Part shown: positions 49,111 through 63,400 of the stretch, one piece after another
Layout: each line of letters begins with the position of its first letter
Numbering within the stretch: the first letter of the stretch is position 1
Assembly: GCF_006345805.1 (NCBI RefSeq)
Contig: NC_043014.1
Span: 15,810,001-15,874,000, forward strand
Length of the DNA stretch: 64,000 nucleotides
Direction of reading: 5' to 3'
From: Octopus sinensis
Lineage: Eukaryota
The notes under the pieces: model-generated
Told to the model about the DNA's origin: nothing
The model's input: only the letters and a program-made list of their open reading frames with translations
Databases searched by the model: none
Position numbers and translations under genes: made by a program

Positions 49111-49506
49111 AAATAATAACAACAACATGTTTCTGTGTCCAGTGTAACCATCATCTATTTCTATTTACCTCCAACAAACACACTGCATTTTAATGAAATA
49201 AGGCCGAATATGGGCTATAAGCATTCCCAGAATCACCTCACTGAGGCACACACACACAAACACACTAATTGTAGTAGTATTGTTATAATAAGATAATAAA
49301 TTACTAGAATGTGACTGGTTTATTTATCAACAATCTTGGAAATTTGTTTGTCAAAAAGTGTAAATATCAACCGCTAAGTAAATACTGCTTAATGTCTTGA
49401 TACAAATATGACAAATATTTGGCAGTCAGAAAAGCCAAATGGAAATACAATAAATAGGAAATGAAACTAATCTTGTTATCTATGCAATTGGGTCTGTTTG
49501 AGATCA

Positions 49507-49585
<79 letters not shown>

Positions 49586-52133
49586 TGTGTGCACGTGAGG
49601 AGGGGTGAAAAACCTGAAATTTAAAGTCAAGTTGACTTGATACAGAAAAGAAAATATTTCAATCAGAAACGGTTCTTATTAGTCTATTATAGGTCATCAT
49701 TGTTTCCAGAATAGGCATAAGGCCAGAAACAAGAGGGCATGGAAGTTACTTGATGATATTGACCCTAGTAACTAATTGGTACTTTATTATATCGATATCA
49801 GAAGGATGGAAGGCCAAGTTAACATTAGTTGAATTTAACCTCAGAATGTAAAGATCTGGAACAACCACAAAGCATTTTGCTCAATTCTCTAATAATTCTG
49901 CCAACCCAACACTCTTCTGTTTCTAACATAGGTACAAGGCCTGAAAAGTTTTGGAGGTTGGGAAGTCATCGATTAAATTGGCCCCAGTACTTGACTTTTA
50001 CTTCATTTTATAAACCCCCACCCAAAAGACTGAAAGTAAAATTGACCTTGGTAACACAACCTTTTAGTGTTTAAATTATTCTGTCAAAAAATTAAAGCTT
50101 ATTTATTCATATTGTTTTGAATTTGTCATGTATTGTCTCATATCTTTGAGATTTCGATGATGTGATTGTTTATTTTTAGGATGACATTGTAGGGTAGGTG
50201 TGAGGAGCTAGACCTGAATAGTTTGAACTTAAACAGGAGGCATATTTGGGTCAGATATGGCTGGATTAAATGCTTAAGGGTTAAAGTTGGAATGTAAAAA
50301 GCCAGAAGAAATACCACAATGAACCTGCTAATCTGCTACATTTATAACAATGTGAAAAATGTGAATAATGTGAAAAATGTGCCTGAGACATCACATTTCT
50401 GTTGTCTCTCATTTATTTCCATAACTACTGCCAAAGATCATAATAGGATCATACTAGATTTGCAGGTAACTAAAGATTACTATAGCTCTCCATTGTCTCA
50501 GCTTGTCTACGATATTATGTTGCTTTGAAGAGACTCTTTTGAATGATTCTTCTCAATTGCCTGAGAAAATTTTGTCATGAGAGAAAGCTGTACAATAGCA
50601 AATTTCAGTACTTTGGTGTCTGTTGATATACCTGTCCATTTTATGCTCTTTCTGTATGTAGAGAAGTTTTCAGAATCACTTTTGAACTAAAGCTTATATT
50701 TTTTATCATATACAAGCAATCAATGCCCAACTCTAACATCTATTAAAGAAAAACTGAAATCGCAAGCAATTTATAGTTTGAATTTCACTGGAAAGTTAAT
50801 GGAATTTATTATTCAAAGAATATTTTATCATTTCATGGTAAAGTAAACGATGCCAGCTGAATTTTGTTCTGGTTTCTTTTGTTGACCTTCAACTACTATA
50901 CATAGAAAAACAAAAATCAGTTGAAGTCCTCAACAACCTCAAATTGTTAGTTATTTTAGTTATTAAGCATGATACTGGTTACTTCTTTCTAACAAGAACA
51001 AATTTATAACGTGAGCTAAACTCTATTCCAAAGACCACTTAATGTTTTATTCATTCTGACAGACTTGGAGCTTTTTCACTGCTTCTCATAAATCTTATAT
51101 TTCAAGCAAATCATAAGCACTAAAATATGTCAATATGGTTTAAGATCATAACTTCATAGTGAAATGAAACTGTAACAATATTGATTTCTAATGTAGACAC
51201 AAACCTCAAATTTTGGGAAGGTTATATTTGATTAAGATCAATCCAATTCTTAATTGGTTCTAGTTTTATCAACTCCAGAAAGATGAAACTTCAACAAAAC
51301 TGTAACAATATTAACATAGGAAAACATACCTTAGATAAGAAAAAGAACTAAAACAGAAAATTTTGTTTTGATTCATCATGAAATAAAATCATAGATTTTG
51401 AAGGTTAAAAAAAAAATGTGTAGTTTGAATCTTCAGGGAATAAATGATAAATGTGTGTTGGAAAAGACAGAGAAGCAGAGTAACCTTGAGACACCATTAA
51501 GTTAATAGGATTATGTGTGTTTACATATCCAACTGATCAGCTCTAGCTGTTTACATTCTTTTTCTGTCAATAAAAAAAATAGTATCAAGAAAAATGGAAA
51601 CTGGTCTGCTTATTCCTAAAGTTTCCAGAGACTTCAATTTTCTTCCTCTGTACATTTCTTTTTTCCTTTGTTTTTTTTCTTTTATATTCTTTCTCTTGTA
51701 TTTGTATTAGCTTGTGTGTGTGTGTGTGTGTGTGAGTGTATGTGTGTGCGTGAGAGTGTGTGAGTATGTGAGTGTATGTGTGAGTGTGTGTGAGTGTATG
51801 TGTGAGTGTGGTGTGTATGTGTATGCATGAGTGTGAGTGTGTGTGCGTGAGTGTGTGTGAGAGAGTGTGTGTGTGTGTATGTGTGAGTGTATGTGAGAGT
51901 GTGGTGTGTGATTGTATGTGTGAGTGTATGTGAGAGTGTGAGAGTGTGTGTGTGAATGCATGTGTGCATATTTATGTGTGTGTGTGTATATATGCACACA
52001 CATTGAAAATAAACTATTTTACTTTGTCTAGGAATCTCCTTTAGATTTGTAAGCAAACCACTTTAAAGATGCATTGATTTCAAATAATGTTGTCTATTCT
52101 CATCAAGGATTTTTAATAACAAGGAACCATAAA

Positions 52134-53050
52134 TACTACTGGGCAAAATTCTTAATAATAATAAAAGGTTGTGTTATTATATTGAAATACTTACAAAGAT
52201 CATTCGAGAAATTTATGACACATATCTGATTTTAAATTATTTTATAGCAATTAGTCAGTGTGGCTGTGTAGTCTTTTTTGTTCACTCTCTTTTTAGCTAC
52301 ACAACCATGAAGACCTTCTTTTGCCAGTGCCCTGCTAAAAGAATGAACCTGAGTGCTGGAGGTTTAAGTTATATCCAGTAATAGCTGGCAGCTAGATTTG
52401 GTCCTGTTTCTCAATGATATCAGCTTTAGATACCTGACATTGTTTTTATTTTGAGGGTCTGTCACATTTTCTATTTTCAGTTCCTTCAGTTTCACATTTC
52501 TTCTTGATTTCCTGTATAGCACATTTTGAGATCCCAGCTTTCCTTGATACTTCAGATTAAAATATTCTTTGTTTATGATAAAAGACAACCTTATACATTT
52601 TAGAATTGAAATCACAAGCAAGTTCGTGTTTTACCACTTGTGTAGTGCTTTAAAACTCTGAGAAAACAAATTACAGTCCTATTAAATTATATGTAAAAGG
52701 TGTCTTGAAATTAATGTGTATGTATACTTTTTTCAATCTCCTGAAACATTAAGAATGCTTGGAGAATTTGGTATTGACAGATATACAAAGTTTACAGCAA
52801 AACAAGTCCTGTCAGGAGATATAATTCCCTTGATATCCTGCTACCAATTGATAATCTAGTATTTGTTGATGTAACTTTACAATATTCAACATGAACTTTG
52901 ACTCATAATGACACTAAACTGAATTATAATGACACTAAATATTATATGAAGTCAATAATATACTCTATAATGCATTATTAGAATTCCTGCTCAAAGTTGG
53001 TTAAAAATATTAAAATATTATCTGCCCAAAACTTTTGCACAGTAGAGTGT
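52134..53050 (-). mobile_element. Tc1-like transposon, internally deleted
   Basis: Right TIR CCCAAAACTTTTGCACAGTA (53025-44) and degenerate left TIR TACTACTGGGCAAAATTCTT (52134-53). Minus-strand RKAGISKCAIQEIKKK..RPSK, RYLKLISLRNRTKSSCQL and LAKEGLHGCVAKKR form the Tc1 DNA-binding region. Confidence 0.72.
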
Positions 53051-54658
53051 ATTAGCAATATACAAACAATAACAGACTTAATAAAAATGTAATATAAATT
53101 GAAATTAACAGTTCAGATACATGGTTATAACAGTTTATTTGAATGGGAGATATTTATAAAACCAGCTAGATTCATTTTATTGGGGAGACTACCTATTTTG
53201 ACCCGTGCTTCGCTTGGGTTTTGGTGGTGGTGTTGTCTCCTTTTCCCTTTCTTCTTTTGTTCGTCTTCTTTGCCTGGTTCTTTTTATTGCCCTCTTCTTT
53301 ACTCCCCTTTCTAAAATCCCCCAAATTTTTACACCCACAATTGAAGATAACCACCTCTAGCCCCTGCAGCAACACGAAAAGTCGCCATTATTCAAATAGC
53401 GCAACCTGTCTATCCCATAAAACTCTATTTTTTCCCATATTCCTCACCATGGCAACCAAACAGTAGCCCCAAGCGACTTGCAACCCTCCTCACACCATGG
53501 CCCACCCCATTTTACTCCCCCCCCCAGTGTAAATTTTGGCACCAATCCGACCCCATCTACCCTTAAACCGTTCCCATCCCAAAATGAGACAAAAAAAAAC
53601 CAAGAAATCAAACAACCTTTTCGCATTTCAGCTTTATAGATATTGATAGAATCACCATCATCATCATCATCATCATCATCATCCTTTGACATGGTTGAAC
53701 AACTAATCCCAGCCAGGTGGTTCATCCTTTTGACTGCTGAATACAAATCATGGCTCATGAGATTTCTGTTCAGGTGATTTTTCTGAGTCACCATTACACC
53801 CCTTTTATGCCAAGCCATCAGAAGCTTACCCATTTACAGCTGAGTGACCTGGAGCAATGTGAAATGAAGTGTTTTTTCTCTTGAACACTAAGTGCAGTCA
53901 GTTTAGGAATCAAAGCCACAATCTCTTGGTTGTGAGTGTAAAACCCTAACCCCTAGGTCACATGCCTTCACTAGAATATTAGTAGGATGCAAGGAAGTTA
54001 GATGTCAAAGAATTATCTGAAACAAAAAAGGAGCAGAGAGAGGGGTTAGAAAGATCCTTTGACGTTTTTTAAATTTTGTTGAGATGTTGTTTTGGTCGTA
54101 TACCGATTTAGTATGTCATTTAGTTAAGAAATATACGGACATATATCCATTATATAAAGCTTTGAAGCTAAAAGGCTCGCTTTGTAACCAGCCATGCGGA
54201 TCTTGGTTCGTTCCCGCTGTGTAGTACCTTAGATAAGTCCTTCTAACATAGCTTCGAGTTGATCAAACGTCTTGTGAGTAAAATTTAATCGAGAGAAACC
54301 ATCACCATCGCATACACACACGCGCGTGCACACGAGAGATGCTTTAGAACACATATACCTTGCATTGTATTTGTTCTACCTGAGTTACACGTACACTCAT
54401 TTGTTGATCTCGCATTGTAACGCAGTAAACGGTTGGAAATCTGTAACTAACGACGCTATTATTCACAAAATACATGATATAAAATTAAATTTTATCTGAA
54501 TATAACAAATAAAAATTGAGTAATAACAATAATTAAACGCTTTTTATCCATAACCTAGAAAAATTATTCAATTTGTTTCGTGTTCAAACCTAAGCATACG
54601 ATGACTGCTTTAGTGTTTCTTTGTGGAGGCACTGGAGTGATCTCCCTTGACAGACATC

Positions 54659-54714
54659 ATGTCGGCTCAACCACAAATATCCTGTTTCTTTAATATTTTC
54701 GACTGCATTGGCAG
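54659..54714 (+). CDS. Weak candidate first coding exon (MSAQPQISCFFNIFDCIG)
   Basis: CATC-ATG start and a CAG|GTATGT donor in a non-repeat stretch. No homology recognised. Confidence 0.15.
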
Positions 54715-55479
54715 GTATGTTTATTATGTAAGATATGGTGCGATTTGAGTAAAATGTGACTGCTATTTTTCTGCAGGTCGAATAAAGGCGTCATTAGCTT
54801 GTCGTGCTCTCATAGTTTCTAAAATACATTAGCAACATTAATGAAGTGGAATAGTCATAACCTTAATTGTATTCTTTCGGGACCTAAATAGTATACTTTC
54901 TTTGGGAGTTTAACTTCTACCCTTCAGGTTGACACGTTCAAATAGTATTTTTATCGATGTAATAAAATATAGATAACTTACGTTTCACATTAGGCAAAGG
55001 GACTAAATTTGTTAGTGAGAGTTATCTCCCATAGCAGCGTACACTTTTAGTTCTGTGATTTTGTGGATGTAGATATTAACACGACAATGTGAGGAAACTG
55101 GTACGCTAGTCTTTCTCCCAAACAATAGAAACCCATAAAACTATGTAAGTCAGTCCGCTCACTTAATTCTAATCATATCTATTTAATTAACAACCAATTA
55201 ATTGCGTCGATTTATTCGATATGAATGGGGTGAAATGCAAGAAAGTAACATAAAGGTAATTTCTGTCGAGCATTGTCAGTGATGATGTGGCTTTGATACC
55301 TGACAGGCTTTGAGAAAAGTATAAACTTTGCACTAGATCATTAAAAGCACAAAATATGATCCCTGGGTTGCACTTTTTCAACAAATGATTTGTCTGAAAT
55401 CGTGTTCTGAGACAATAATAATGGTATCGTGGGTTTCGGTTTGCATCAGAAAATGTAAACAAGGTATCAGCTACCGCAA

Positions 55480-56110
55480 CCAGCAAACTAATGTAACAAC
55501 TCTCTTCACTCAGATTTCGAGAAAATCTGCAAAGGATCTGAGCATTTCCAAACAGTAGTTTGCAGTGGATGCACTATCTTCCTAGTTACCCCTATCTTAT
55601 AGTACTTAAGGCTCCAACAACAACAACAGATACAACACTCACCTTCTTCAATAACCAGTTTTTATTTCCCTCTTCAAATCCTCAAATCTAACCTTCTTTT
55701 TCTAATACTATCATCACCAGAGTGTGAAATATTAATGATAAAACAAGTTTCCCCACCCCCTCTTTATTCACAATCACTATATCCAGCTTTTGATGTTTAA
55801 TTTCATGATCACATTAAATCATTACATCTGACAGTATCCTTATCTTGTCATTCTCAATTACTTTTCCCAAAGTCTACCCATTTCGTGGCTTTGTTCTCTA
55901 CAATCCATACTTGTTATTTCTTATGTGGATCAGCTTCCTACATTTATTCACAATATGCCATACAGACTCACCATTATCACAGCACAACCTACACTTGTTA
56001 CTTTCAACTGAATTGTCAGTCCTGCATTTTGTGTAATTAGTCCTAAGTGTTTGTTCCTGTACCACACACGTAAGCATTTCTGACAACATGACCAGGTTGA
56101 AGATTGCTGC
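55480..56110 (-). mobile_element. RLE-type (R4/Dong-like) non-LTR retrotransposon C-terminal fragment
   Basis: QEQTLRTNY..CRLC..ESVWHIVNKC (CCHC), KVIENDKIRIL.D..DHEIKHQKLDIVIVNK (decayed PD motif), VVVGALSTI. Confidence 0.85.
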
Positions 56111-56144
56111 TATTAAAGATTTATTGAAAATGGAATAGTTTGCA

Positions 56145-56592
56145 GCAGTCACAAACATGTTTTGCACCATGGACTGGTTTCATGCGAGGCAATTTTTTTC
56201 ACAGACTGGTGGATCATGTGCATAACAAAACACAATAAACTGTATAATAATTTAATTATGACGTATATCATACATGCATGATGCAAAAACACCCTGCAAA
56301 CTGTAACAGTCAATAAAATAAAATTTTCATAATTCAATTTTTCTGTGAGGACCAGTCAGGCCCATCACCAGACCCCCTGCCTGGGGGTGCTACAGAAAAT
56401 TCTGGGTGGATTTTTTGGTAAAAATACTAAAGTGGAGTTTTGAAAGAAGTGTATCACTAAATCTAAGGGTACACTATTGAATAGTGAGGGACTGCTACCA
56501 TCCAGTGCACCTCCTTAACAATGGGCACAGGCCCAACACCAAATGATACACAGCTTGGTAATGATCTGCAATCCAGTGGTTGGTGACCCTTG
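56145..56592 (+). mobile_element. hAT/Charlie-like non-autonomous element
   Basis: CAGCAGTCACAAAC..GCACCATGGACTGGTTTCATG..CAATTTTTTCACAGAC start and GGTTGGTGACCCTTG end resemble hAT-Charlie termini. Confidence 0.55.
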
Positions 56593-56896
56593 CTTTAGAG
56601 CATAGCTTCTCATATTTTAATTTTTTTTAGTATTAAAGATCAATGAGTAATAAAGTGTCATAATATTTGTATGTTCTATTCTCAGCATCCTTTCTCTTAA
56701 GCATTTGTGTCCTTTGTTACAACTATGTAGGATTTGTAAGTATAATTTTTATATCATGCAACTCTTGTTGTGCCTCAGAATGATATTATACAAATGATTC
56801 AAAATATTTTCACATAGTTACTTTCACAAGAATTTACATATTTGGTATGTTACTTTAGCTGAGAGCAGGGATCTTTAAAATTCTACCACTTAAATA

Positions 56897-56930
<34 letters not shown>

Positions 56931-56933
<3 letters not shown>

Positions 56934-57147
56934 AGGAGGTGCTGAAAAGTTCCTGGCTTTAAGGGTGTCACAAAAAGCCAAGGTGAAGGCCCAACCTTCC
57001 AAGTTCTTTTACAAGGCTTAGAAAAATGGAAGGACCACTGCAATAGGTGTGTGAATCTGAGGGGGGAATGTTGAATAAAATTATAATTAACTGATGCTCC
57101 TGTATTTTCTTTTACCCAAAGTCAGGAACTTTTCAGCACCCCCTTGT
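56931..57147 (+). mobile_element. Mariner-derived MITE, complete
   Basis: ~29-bp TIRs ACAAGGAGGTGCTGAAAAGTTCCTGGCTT / AAAGTCAGGAACTTTTCAGCACCCCCTTGT, inserted after TA. Confidence 0.9.
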
Positions 57148-60100
57148 GTGTGTGTATATATATATACACACAAACACACACACATACATGTGTGTAGATA
57201 TAGGTGTTTGCTTACCAACCAGAGAGTTCTGGGCTCAGTCCCACTATGTGGCACATTGGGTAAGTGTCTTCTGCTTTAGAACCAGGTCAAGCAAAGCCTA
57301 GTGATTGTATTTGAAATCAGAAACTGAAAGTTGTCCATTATGTGTGTGTGTGTGTGTTTGTGTGCATGTGTATTACTGTTTTCTTCCTTCAACACTGTAT
57401 GATAGTTGTAAACAAGTGTCACCATTATGCAAGCAGTGTCCTTCCTTTCCAATATTCTGTGATAACATGTCCGGCCATGAGGGAAAAATACTTTACTTGG
57501 AAACATGTGAAGGTCCGCAACAGGAAGGGCATCCAGCCATAGAAAATCTGCCTCAACAAATTCCATCCAGCCCATGCAAGCATGAAAAAGTTGATGTTAA
57601 AACAATGTAATGAGTTGGTTTTAGCCTCTGGTGAGTCCTAGCTGTGTTCAACCATTCTTTACAATAAGACATGTATCCTAAGCTTTAAGATTTAGAATAA
57701 ATGAAATGTTATAAACAATAGTGAAGAATTTATTAAGACTTCTAAATAGAGCATGTTGAATGTAAGCCAGCATTATATAAGCTCAATACTTCAGGACAAT
57801 AAAAACTGGTAGACCTGCAAAAGTTGTTTTTCCTTGGAAGCAAATCATAACATTACCAAAAAATAGGAATTTTTTTTTACATGGGTAAATAAAATTGTAA
57901 ATCTTCTGGTTGAAATATAGCCAACCAACTCATCACCATTGACCTCAGAAGAATAAAAGAAAAAAGATTTGAACTCAGAATACACAGGACCAAAACTAAA
58001 TACTGTAAAACATTTGATGTTCTTTGCCATTTTTGTCATTTCAGTAACTTAAAAGGTTGGAGGGAAAGTTAACATGTATTTTTACATAAAAAAAAACAAC
58101 TTTATTACACCTTTAAATTGTACATTGTATCAAATTGAAATCCCGTGATTTATATATTTTTTACTGGTTTCAGTCAATAGATTGTGGTCATGCTGGAGCA
58201 GCACCGTTCAAGGGTTTCAGTAAATTATATTGATCGCAATACTTAGTACTGTACTTACTTTTATTAATTTCTATTTTCTGAATAACCGAGTTCACTTTGA
58301 GTTATGTTCCTTTACCGATGTATCTCCCCTCACCAAATAGTTACTCTCTTTTCTCTCTTTTATTTGTTTCAGTCATTTGACTGTGGCCATGCTGGAGCAC
58401 CACCTTTAGTCAAGCAAATCGACCCCAAGACTTATTCTTTGGAAGCCTAGTACTTATTCAATTGGTCTTTTCTGCCGAACCACTAAGTTATGGGGACATA
58501 AATACCCCAGCATCGATTATCAAGCGATGTTGGGGGGACAAACACACAAACATACATATATACGGCGGGCTTCTCTCAGTTTCTGTCTACCAAATCCACT
58601 CACAAGGTTTTGGTCAGCCCGAGGCTATAGTAGCAGACACTTGCCTAAGGTGCCACGCAGTGGGACTGAACCCGGAACCATGTGGTTGATAAGCAAGCTA
58701 CTTACCACACAGCCACTCCTGTGCCTAAGGATTTCCACTGACAGAAACACACACATACAAGATAGACAATTCATTATTCAGTGACATGCTTGAATAGTAA
58801 ACAAGTTCAGTTTAGTATGCTAAGACGTTTCTGATCCTCTGGATTGACCTAGCAAATACACATCCATCGGCTGATTATGCAAAGCATTGGATTTTTTTTT
58901 TTTATACATTCAATTATGTATGAAAGAACTTTTAATGCAGTACTTGGTTTTTATAGCATATAAGTGACCAAGTTCACAACATTCCTTCTGGAAGGATGCC
59001 AGTCCATTGCTGAGTTCAAGGTGAGAAGTTTTGGGGGCAGAGGACAAGTTGAGTACATAGACTTCAGTACTTGACTGGGACTTTATTTTATTGACCTCGA
59101 AAGGATGAAAGGTAAAGTTGACCTCAGCAAGATTTGAACTCAACATAAAGAGTTGGAAGAAATGTCCCTAAGCATTTTGTCCTACATGCTAACAATTCTG
59201 CCAACTCAGTACTTTGTTCGTGCAATTTATTACCATATCATGATCAACTGGTAAGTACTGGGGTCAGGTAACTTGAGTGGATATACCATTATGTCCCTCT
59301 GTTTCGTAGAAATAGCAGAAAGATTGGTAGAGTATTTAGCTGTTCATGTCCCATGGCTATCTACTGACAATTTTTCTCCATCTTATAGGAGCATAACACA
59401 AGTATTTTTTTATACACCCCCAGTTAAAATAAATACCTCATTGAAACAAATTAGCATGTTTTACAACATAAAATCCCCAAATACAATGATTAAATGACAC
59501 CTTTTACTGTCATCACTATGAACTGGAAGATGCAGATGGAACTAAAGAAAATCCTCCTGTTCACAGGCCATATTGCAATAATGAAGCAATACTCTAACCC
59601 CGTGTCATGACCTAACAGAATAAAACATTTTGATTGTTAAATTAACAGTATCTTCTGATACTGTTAACAAGGGATTGAATGGTGAGAGCACTGAAACAAA
59701 GTGCTTAAAATATGAGACACAAGGCTGGCAGTGTACAGGTGGGATGTTGTGGGCTTGTAGTTAAATCTATGATGTCACACTTGGTTGGCATTTGACTTGA
59801 GAAGAATAACAGAAACAGCAATTTGTAAAATACAAAGAATGCTTCATGTAGATATATAGTAGGGATATGTGAAAGAAAGACTAAAGCTGAGAGTGAAAAT
59901 AAATTCCCAGTAAGAAGTAAAACAAAATAATCATTGGGTGATTGCAGAGGCTCCTAGTTTGGTAAGGTGGTCACATGTGTTACAGGATGAAAGAGCAATA
60001 TATAACAATAAGGACCAAAATAACCTGGACATTCCCTTGAAGCATCAATGCAACTCAGTACACTTGGAAGAAGACATACTGTTGGACGGTGCCCCAAATC

Positions 60101-60191
60101 ATTTTGGTCTCTAGTGAACAGCTAATGAAGAGAATGTCCTACAATGCAAGCTGCAAGTAAAATATATACAAAAGTATTATACATACATACA

Positions 60192-60275
<84 letters not shown>

Positions 60276-60695
60276 ATATATGCAATGTGGACTGCCTTCC
60301 TGATCTTCGTTCGTGAATCCAAGCCATGATGATGATATATATTTTGTTGAATTTACAATTTAAAAATAGGATAAAATCTTTATAAGAATTTATCAAGTAG
60401 TTAGTGTGAAAAACCTTATAAGGGAAAAAATTAATTATTCCCTTCAAATATATTTATTTATATTAAGGGCATTACTATACATAAATGCCTCATGCTAGTA
60501 GAGACTCTTAAAGTCAAAACTACCATAATAAACACATTGTACAGTAATAGCAGACAGATTGAGCATTTTACTCTCAGCTATGATATTTAGTTTTTAATTT
60601 GGAGATTGATGTCAGTGGGCAGTTTAGCTTAATGCTAGAGTATTCAGCTGTTCATGTCCCATGGCTGTCTGCTGACAACTTTTTCCATCTTGCAC

Positions 60696-60737
<42 letters not shown>

Positions 60738-62062
60738 TGCACGCACACAAAATTTGACTGCGTTTGTATTTCACAAATTGCTGCTTCTGTTATTCCTCTC
60801 AAGTCAAATGCTAACCAAGTGTCATCCATTGTTGCGGAATTGCTCATAGTCAATAGAAATATCCATCTTATAGTGGTTATGACTGTTGCATACCAACCAT
60901 CATATACACCCCTTAACTAGTATCAATACAGTAAAGACAGCAAAGTATGGAAGTAACTCCCCATTCTCTTTTCAAGGCCTATGAAGTAACTTGAACTTAG
61001 TACTATAAGCTAGCAGAACATCAGATCAGCCATACATCTTCCTAAGTGGTATTACAAATTAGTGGAGTGTATTCAATGTACTGCTTTAGGGCACTGTACC
61101 TAGATGCCAATAATGGTATCAAGTACACTTGTTATCTACTACAGTGAATAGATGACAAGTGTACTTTGGAACTGATAAACTTTATTGCCACTCAAATAAA
61201 CAATGTTTTTGTAAATTTTGAAAATGAAAAACTTGAATGGATTTCTGAAAATAAACTTCTGCATTAATTTGTAAATTAGGCTAATTTTAGAAATAATTTA
61301 GCAAAGATGTCTCACATAAAATTATGGTGGAAGCTTGAAAGATATGAAAACTAATACAAAAGAATTTGTTTTGAGTTTTGGTTGTTTTGGATCCATCCAT
61401 CCATCTGTCTTCTCTGACCAGCATTCCTGGAAGGTCATGAGGGTTGTGTCCTTCATAGGATCCTATCAGAAGCAACTGTCATTAGACTTTCTGATTTGAT
61501 TCTCAAAGATGATCAACCGAAACTATGGATATTATCTTACCTTTTCATTCTTGGTCTACCCCTAGGTCTCCTGCTAACTAAATCAAAAGAATGATATATC
61601 GAGCAAAGTTCATGTAGCAATTCTTGAATATAGAGGTTCACTTTCACTTTATCAAACTACACCTAGTATTATTTTGCCTGGTAAAGGTGGGGAGCTGGCA
61701 GAATCATTAACACACTGGGCAAAATGCTTAGTGGCATTTTGTCCATTTTTATGTTCTAAAGTTCAAATTCTGCTGGAGTCACCTTTACCTTTCATCCTTT
61801 TGGGGTTGATAAAATAAGTACCAGATGATCACTGGGGCTGATGTAATCAACTTATCCCCTACCCCAAAATTTGAAATCATTATTTTGCCTGGTAACTTGG
61901 GACTAAATAAAGTATTTATTTATTTTTTATTTAATTTGAAGAGAGTTAAAGCAAAATCTATGTAAAAGAAACACAAAAATGAACATGAAAAAATAATTTT
62001 ATAATAACAAAAATGAAGAGCTCTTTCATTTCACTTTAAATTAAGTAAAGAAAAATTCCCAA

Positions 62063-62134
62063 TAATACATGGTGAAGTGGTTAGAATTCTTGGCTTTCAC
62101 CCAGGTAACCTGAGTTTGATTTCCAGCATGAGGA
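62063..62134 (+). pseudogene. tRNA-Glu(TTC) pseudogene
   Basis: CATGGTGAAGTGGTTAGAATTCTTGGCT-TTC-ACCCAGGTAACCTGAGTTTGATTTCCAGCATGAGGA aligns by eye with eukaryotic tRNA-Glu(TTC). Anticodon at 62096-98; T-run ~10 nt downstream. Confidence 0.75.
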
Positions 62135-62499
62135 CATCATACAATTTTTTCTGGTGGGACAATTAAATTAGATATGATCTGGGTCAAAACATTATATGTA
62201 TTAGTCCCAGATCACCAGCTTCCAAATACCATGAAATGATATGGGCTGCAGTTCAACAAAGTGAAAGTGGGCCCCTATATTCAGGGATTGCCCTGCATAT
62301 GTGTAAAGAAGCTGCTTTCCCATAAATAATTACAAACTAAATATTGGCTTAAATCAAAAGTTAATACCTACATTAGTTGGGCCTTTGCTGTCACCTTTTT
62401 TCTTTTAGTTGCGCAGTTGTCATATCAAAAATAACTGGTTATACTGAAAACTAGCCAGAGTTCTGGTTTAAGCACCCCATAAAATCCCTCATAACTTTC

Positions 62500-63400
62500 T
62501 GTTTTGGGGATTTTTCAGAAATTTTTGCAAATTTGTGTTTTGCATATAGGAATCCATACAATTATACAAAATGAAGTTTTTTTTCAATGTTTTAAAATCT
62601 ACCCTGTATCCCATAAATCCCCCAAATTTCCACTCTTCTTCCATTTTTTTTTTTCTTTTAATCAAGAATTTAAAATATGGAGAGTCTAAATTTTTTGCTT
62701 AAATCCCAGTAATGGCCCACCTTTGGGTGCAGCATCATTCCATCAAATGTTTATGGGCAGAAAAATATTGAAAAACATCAATACATGTCAGAGTGACAAA
62801 GAAATGAGAAAGACATAAGATGGTCGTGAAATGGGCTAAAAACAGCAGCTGAATTGCCCTGAAATCAATTTTTTCCTGTGCATAATCGTATGAAGTCCCG
62901 TGTGTAGAATTTTCTGAATTCTCGTGTACAAAAATTTTCTGAAAATTCAAAAAAATTAAATTGGTGGAATTCTTCTTTACGCACGGTATATAACCCTCAT
63001 AACTCATCATTTGATGGGGGGGAATTTTCAGAAATTCTTTACGAATTTATATTCTACACATGGGAATTAACAAGACTATGGGGGGAAAATTGCTTTTAAT
63101 TTTTCGAATTTTCTTATTAAATCACAGTTTAAAATACGGACAGTCAGAATTTTTGGTTTAAATCCCAGCAATAGACCATTTAATGCGTTTATGGGGTGAA
63201 AGATACTGAAAAACATCAACATGTCAGAGTGAAAAACAAACGTACGAGGTGGTCATGAGATGTGCTAAAAATAACAGCTAAATAGCCCTAAATCATGCAG
63301 CAACTTTTTTTTTTGCGATGCGTGGTGTGCATAATGGTATGGGTTCCCATGTATAGAATACAAATACGCAAAAAATTTCTGAAAATTCCAAAAAATTCGG
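62500..63400. mobile_element. Two diverged tandem copies of an element with subterminal inverted repeats (MITE-like)
   Basis: Shared block TAAATCCCAG..TTTATGG..GAAAAACATCAA..ATGTCAGAGTGA..GGTC.TGA.ATG.GCTAAAA at ~62700-62865 and ~63160-63295. Each unit is bounded by TTTTCAGAAATT / AATTT(T)CTGAAAATT. Confidence 0.65.

Noticed and set aside
50517-50690. Minus-strand open frame FKSDSENFSTYRKSIKWT.. with AG/GT flanks
   Set aside because: Weak acceptor, no recognisable homology, and length expected by chance.
53190-53220. TTGACCCGTGCTTCGCTTGGG resembling a Helitron/Helentron terminus
   Set aside because: Single short match with no partner end or copy in the window.
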